From: Utricularia gibba
Taxonomy: Eukaryota; Plantae; Magnoliophyta
Direction: 5' to 3'
Length of the DNA stretch: 64,000 nt
Assembly (NCBI GenBank): GCA_002189035.1
Contig: NEEC01000004.1
Location: 4,154,001-4,218,000 of the forward strand
Part shown: positions 61,874 through 64,000 of the stretch, in pieces
Position numbering within the stretch: position 1 is the first letter of the stretch
Layout: every line of letters starts with the position of its first letter
Notes under the pieces: model-generated
The model's database searches: none
The model's input: only the letters and a program-made list of their open reading frames with translations
Told to the model about the DNA's origin: nothing
Translations under genes and position numbers: made by a program

Positions 61874-64000
61874 TTAGTTTCTTCGATTCCATGGATGTAG
61901 ATAATATAATGGGAAATAGATCACCGCATAAACCAGGACTGCCAGTACCACTACAAGAATCCGAATCTTCGCCGGCAGAATTTTTTGGGATCTGAGATGA
62001 GAATCAGATTTGCATAAAAGGCTATCAACAAGAAGGCGACGGCAATGGCCAGGAAGATGAGGCCAAACATCACTTTGTTCGGCAACAATCTCATGAAATC
62101 CATGGGCCTGAACGGAGAGGTGAATACGTTCACGAATATTGCGATGGTGGCGATGGCGGAGATCAGGGCGGCATTACTGGAATCGATGAAAACTGTGAAC
62201 GTGCTCCTATCTTTGAAATTCGGCATCCCATCGGGACTGTTGCCGCCGGGAAATGTGATAACCCCTGCGAATGCAACCGTGGCCACCAGTGACGCCACGA
62301 AGGAGCATGAAGTCACGATGGAAAGAATCCAGTTCTTTTCCTTCTCCACAAGCTCGCGATGCTCTTCTAGGAACACAGCCCAAGGAGTTTTCTTATCTTC
62401 ATTCAAGCCCATCTTTTGCAAGGATGCACTATATCCTCAATTGCCTGGACACAAAGAAGCACAATCAATATTGCCAGTCAGTCAAAACAGACATATGGAT
62501 GATCCAAGAGGAAGAGAGCAACAATACAGTCACTTAATCAAATGAGATAAAAAAAAAAAGATGGTCGACGAGTTCCATGTTTTCATCCATTATCACCTGA
62601 AACCATAGCAACTCGCGCCGCATCTCGAAGATGGTGTCGCGGTAAGTATAATGGTAGCTTTGTTTCGGATTACGTGCCACCAAATGCAGCAAATTATTGC
62701 TCCTTTCTCGGTAAAATCCGCACCACATGTTGTTTCCCCCTTGCACGTACCGTTTTTGTAGGAACTCGAATATCTTTCTCCGGCGATGCATCAAGGCTAG
62801 TTTGATCGCAGTAGTGCCGTCGTCGTCGCTAAAGTTGATAGCATCCGGATGCGAATCAACTATCTCTTTCACAATCTCAATCACCCCGTTCTGCGTAGCG
62901 ACGAAGAGCGGTTCCATGAGAAAATCTTTAGCTCGTCCGTGGGCTTCCACATTGATCACTTCACACAGCTTTTTCACAAGCGGGACTGCTTGGCAATTCC
63001 GATTTCCTGCAATTTCTGAAACTTGTGATTCCTGAAGTACGAATCCAACTTTCAATAATAGTAGTGCCACCTGGTGATGGCGTCTCCGAAATTATATCCG
63101 TCTCTGGACTACCTAGAAACCGAGATTAGATTTGTTCACTGGTTCTAGAAACCCAGAGCTCGAAATGTATTTTTCCAGGCAAGCAGGCTTACAGTAGTAA
63201 AAAAGGGATTTCAAGATCCCGAGTTTCATCACACTTCGAAAGGCAGAGGAGTTCCATGCCAGCATGTTCAATGGGAGGCACATTGTTTCCCTGCTCATAG
63301 CAAGATATCGTTTTTTCTCCACCATCCACAGAGCGAGATCTGGAAACAAGAGCCATACTCCTCAAATGGGAATCATTTTCATCCGTTCAAACCAATGTTT
63401 GGGCAGTTTTCAGTGCATACCGTAAAGCTGGAAACTAAGAGCGAAATCCATGAATGATACCGCACCTGGTCCTTCAAGCACATCATCCATGTTTGTTTTC
63501 ATTTTCTCCATGAAAAGAAAGGTCATACTTTTATGGAGTTTCGCGGCGGCCAAGTGCACCGGCAGCAACGACTCCTTGTTCCTAGTCGCCAGCAGCACGC
63601 TGTTCTTCTCCACCAGAAGCTTAGCATCCTCTAAGCGCCCGTACTCCGCCGCGATGTGAAGCGGCGTGTTGCCCTGGTCGTCACCCAAGTTCAACTTGTC
63701 CCTGGGCATGAGCTCCACCAAATGTCTAATAATCCAAGGCTTTGGATTCGATTTCACTGCGACCATCAGGAGATTCTGACTCTTGGGCGGTAATGGCGTC
63801 CACAGTGCGTCGGGATGGTGTCTCGCAAAGTTCATCACAATCCCCATTCTCCGTTCGAAACGTAATCCGGTAGATCTGAATCCAGTTAACAATGATCTTG
63901 CAAATCAGACATCAGGACAAGAGATAAAAGCAAACATCATTTAGGGATGGGGCACCTTCAAGCGCTGGTTCATGCAACTGTGGATAGTAGCGAAGTGGAA
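61874..64000 (-). CDS. Ankyrin-repeat protein with C-terminal PGG transmembrane domain; 5' end beyond the right edge, 3 apparent -1 frameshifts
   Basis: Ankyrin motifs GNTPLHIAAEYG, LLPVHLAA, PLFVATQNGVIEIVKEIV, NNLLHLVA, EMRRELLWFQ. PGG region: VFLEEHRELVEKEKNW, SCSFVASLVATVAFAGVITFPGG, SSNAAL, LPNKVMFGL. Shifts at about 63843, 62415 and 61983; the last correction restores a final hydrophobic helix. Central exon boundaries (63000-63120) are uncertain. Confidence 0.85.

Noticed and set aside
1-64000. Conserved plant miRNA, snRNA (USE element), rRNA or telomere arrays
   Set aside because: A by-eye scan for the mature miRNA sequences I recall, RTCCCACATCG and TTTAGGG arrays found no convincing match. 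An Infernal/Rfam search would be needed to exclude them properly.

Overview
Gene-dense eudicot nuclear DNA with short introns (mostly about 65-130 nt) and AT-rich spacers. I can support 16 protein-coding genes, in order: PP2A B' subunit (runs off the left edge), membrane RING-H2 E3 ligase, a Lys/Glu-rich conserved protein, a PORR protein, two tandem full-size ABCG/PDR transporters, an FLZ protein, a TauE/SafE protein, an RD22-type BURP protein, a small secreted Lys/Pro/Phe-rich protein with a GRP-type signal exon, an ANTH clathrin-assembly protein, an E-class PPR, a DUF4050 protein, a SHINE-type AP2/ERF, RDR6 and an ankyrin-PGG protein (runs off the right edge). Key caveat: by hand I find about 16 frameshifts in 8 genes. 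Nearly all are single missing bases in short homopolymers, which points to an unpolished long-read consensus rather than true pseudogenes. The most system-like oddity is the tail-to-tail pair of the BURP gene and the signal/acidic-spacer/cationic K-P-F peptide gene. Other notable points are a precise intron difference and a GC3 asymmetry between the PDR paralogues, a W-box cluster ahead of PDR copy 1, a 78-nt in-frame duplication in FLZ and a probable second intron in the SHINE gene. No rRNA, tRNA, CRISPR array or intact transposon is supported. All family assignments come from recognising motifs by eye; no searches were run.
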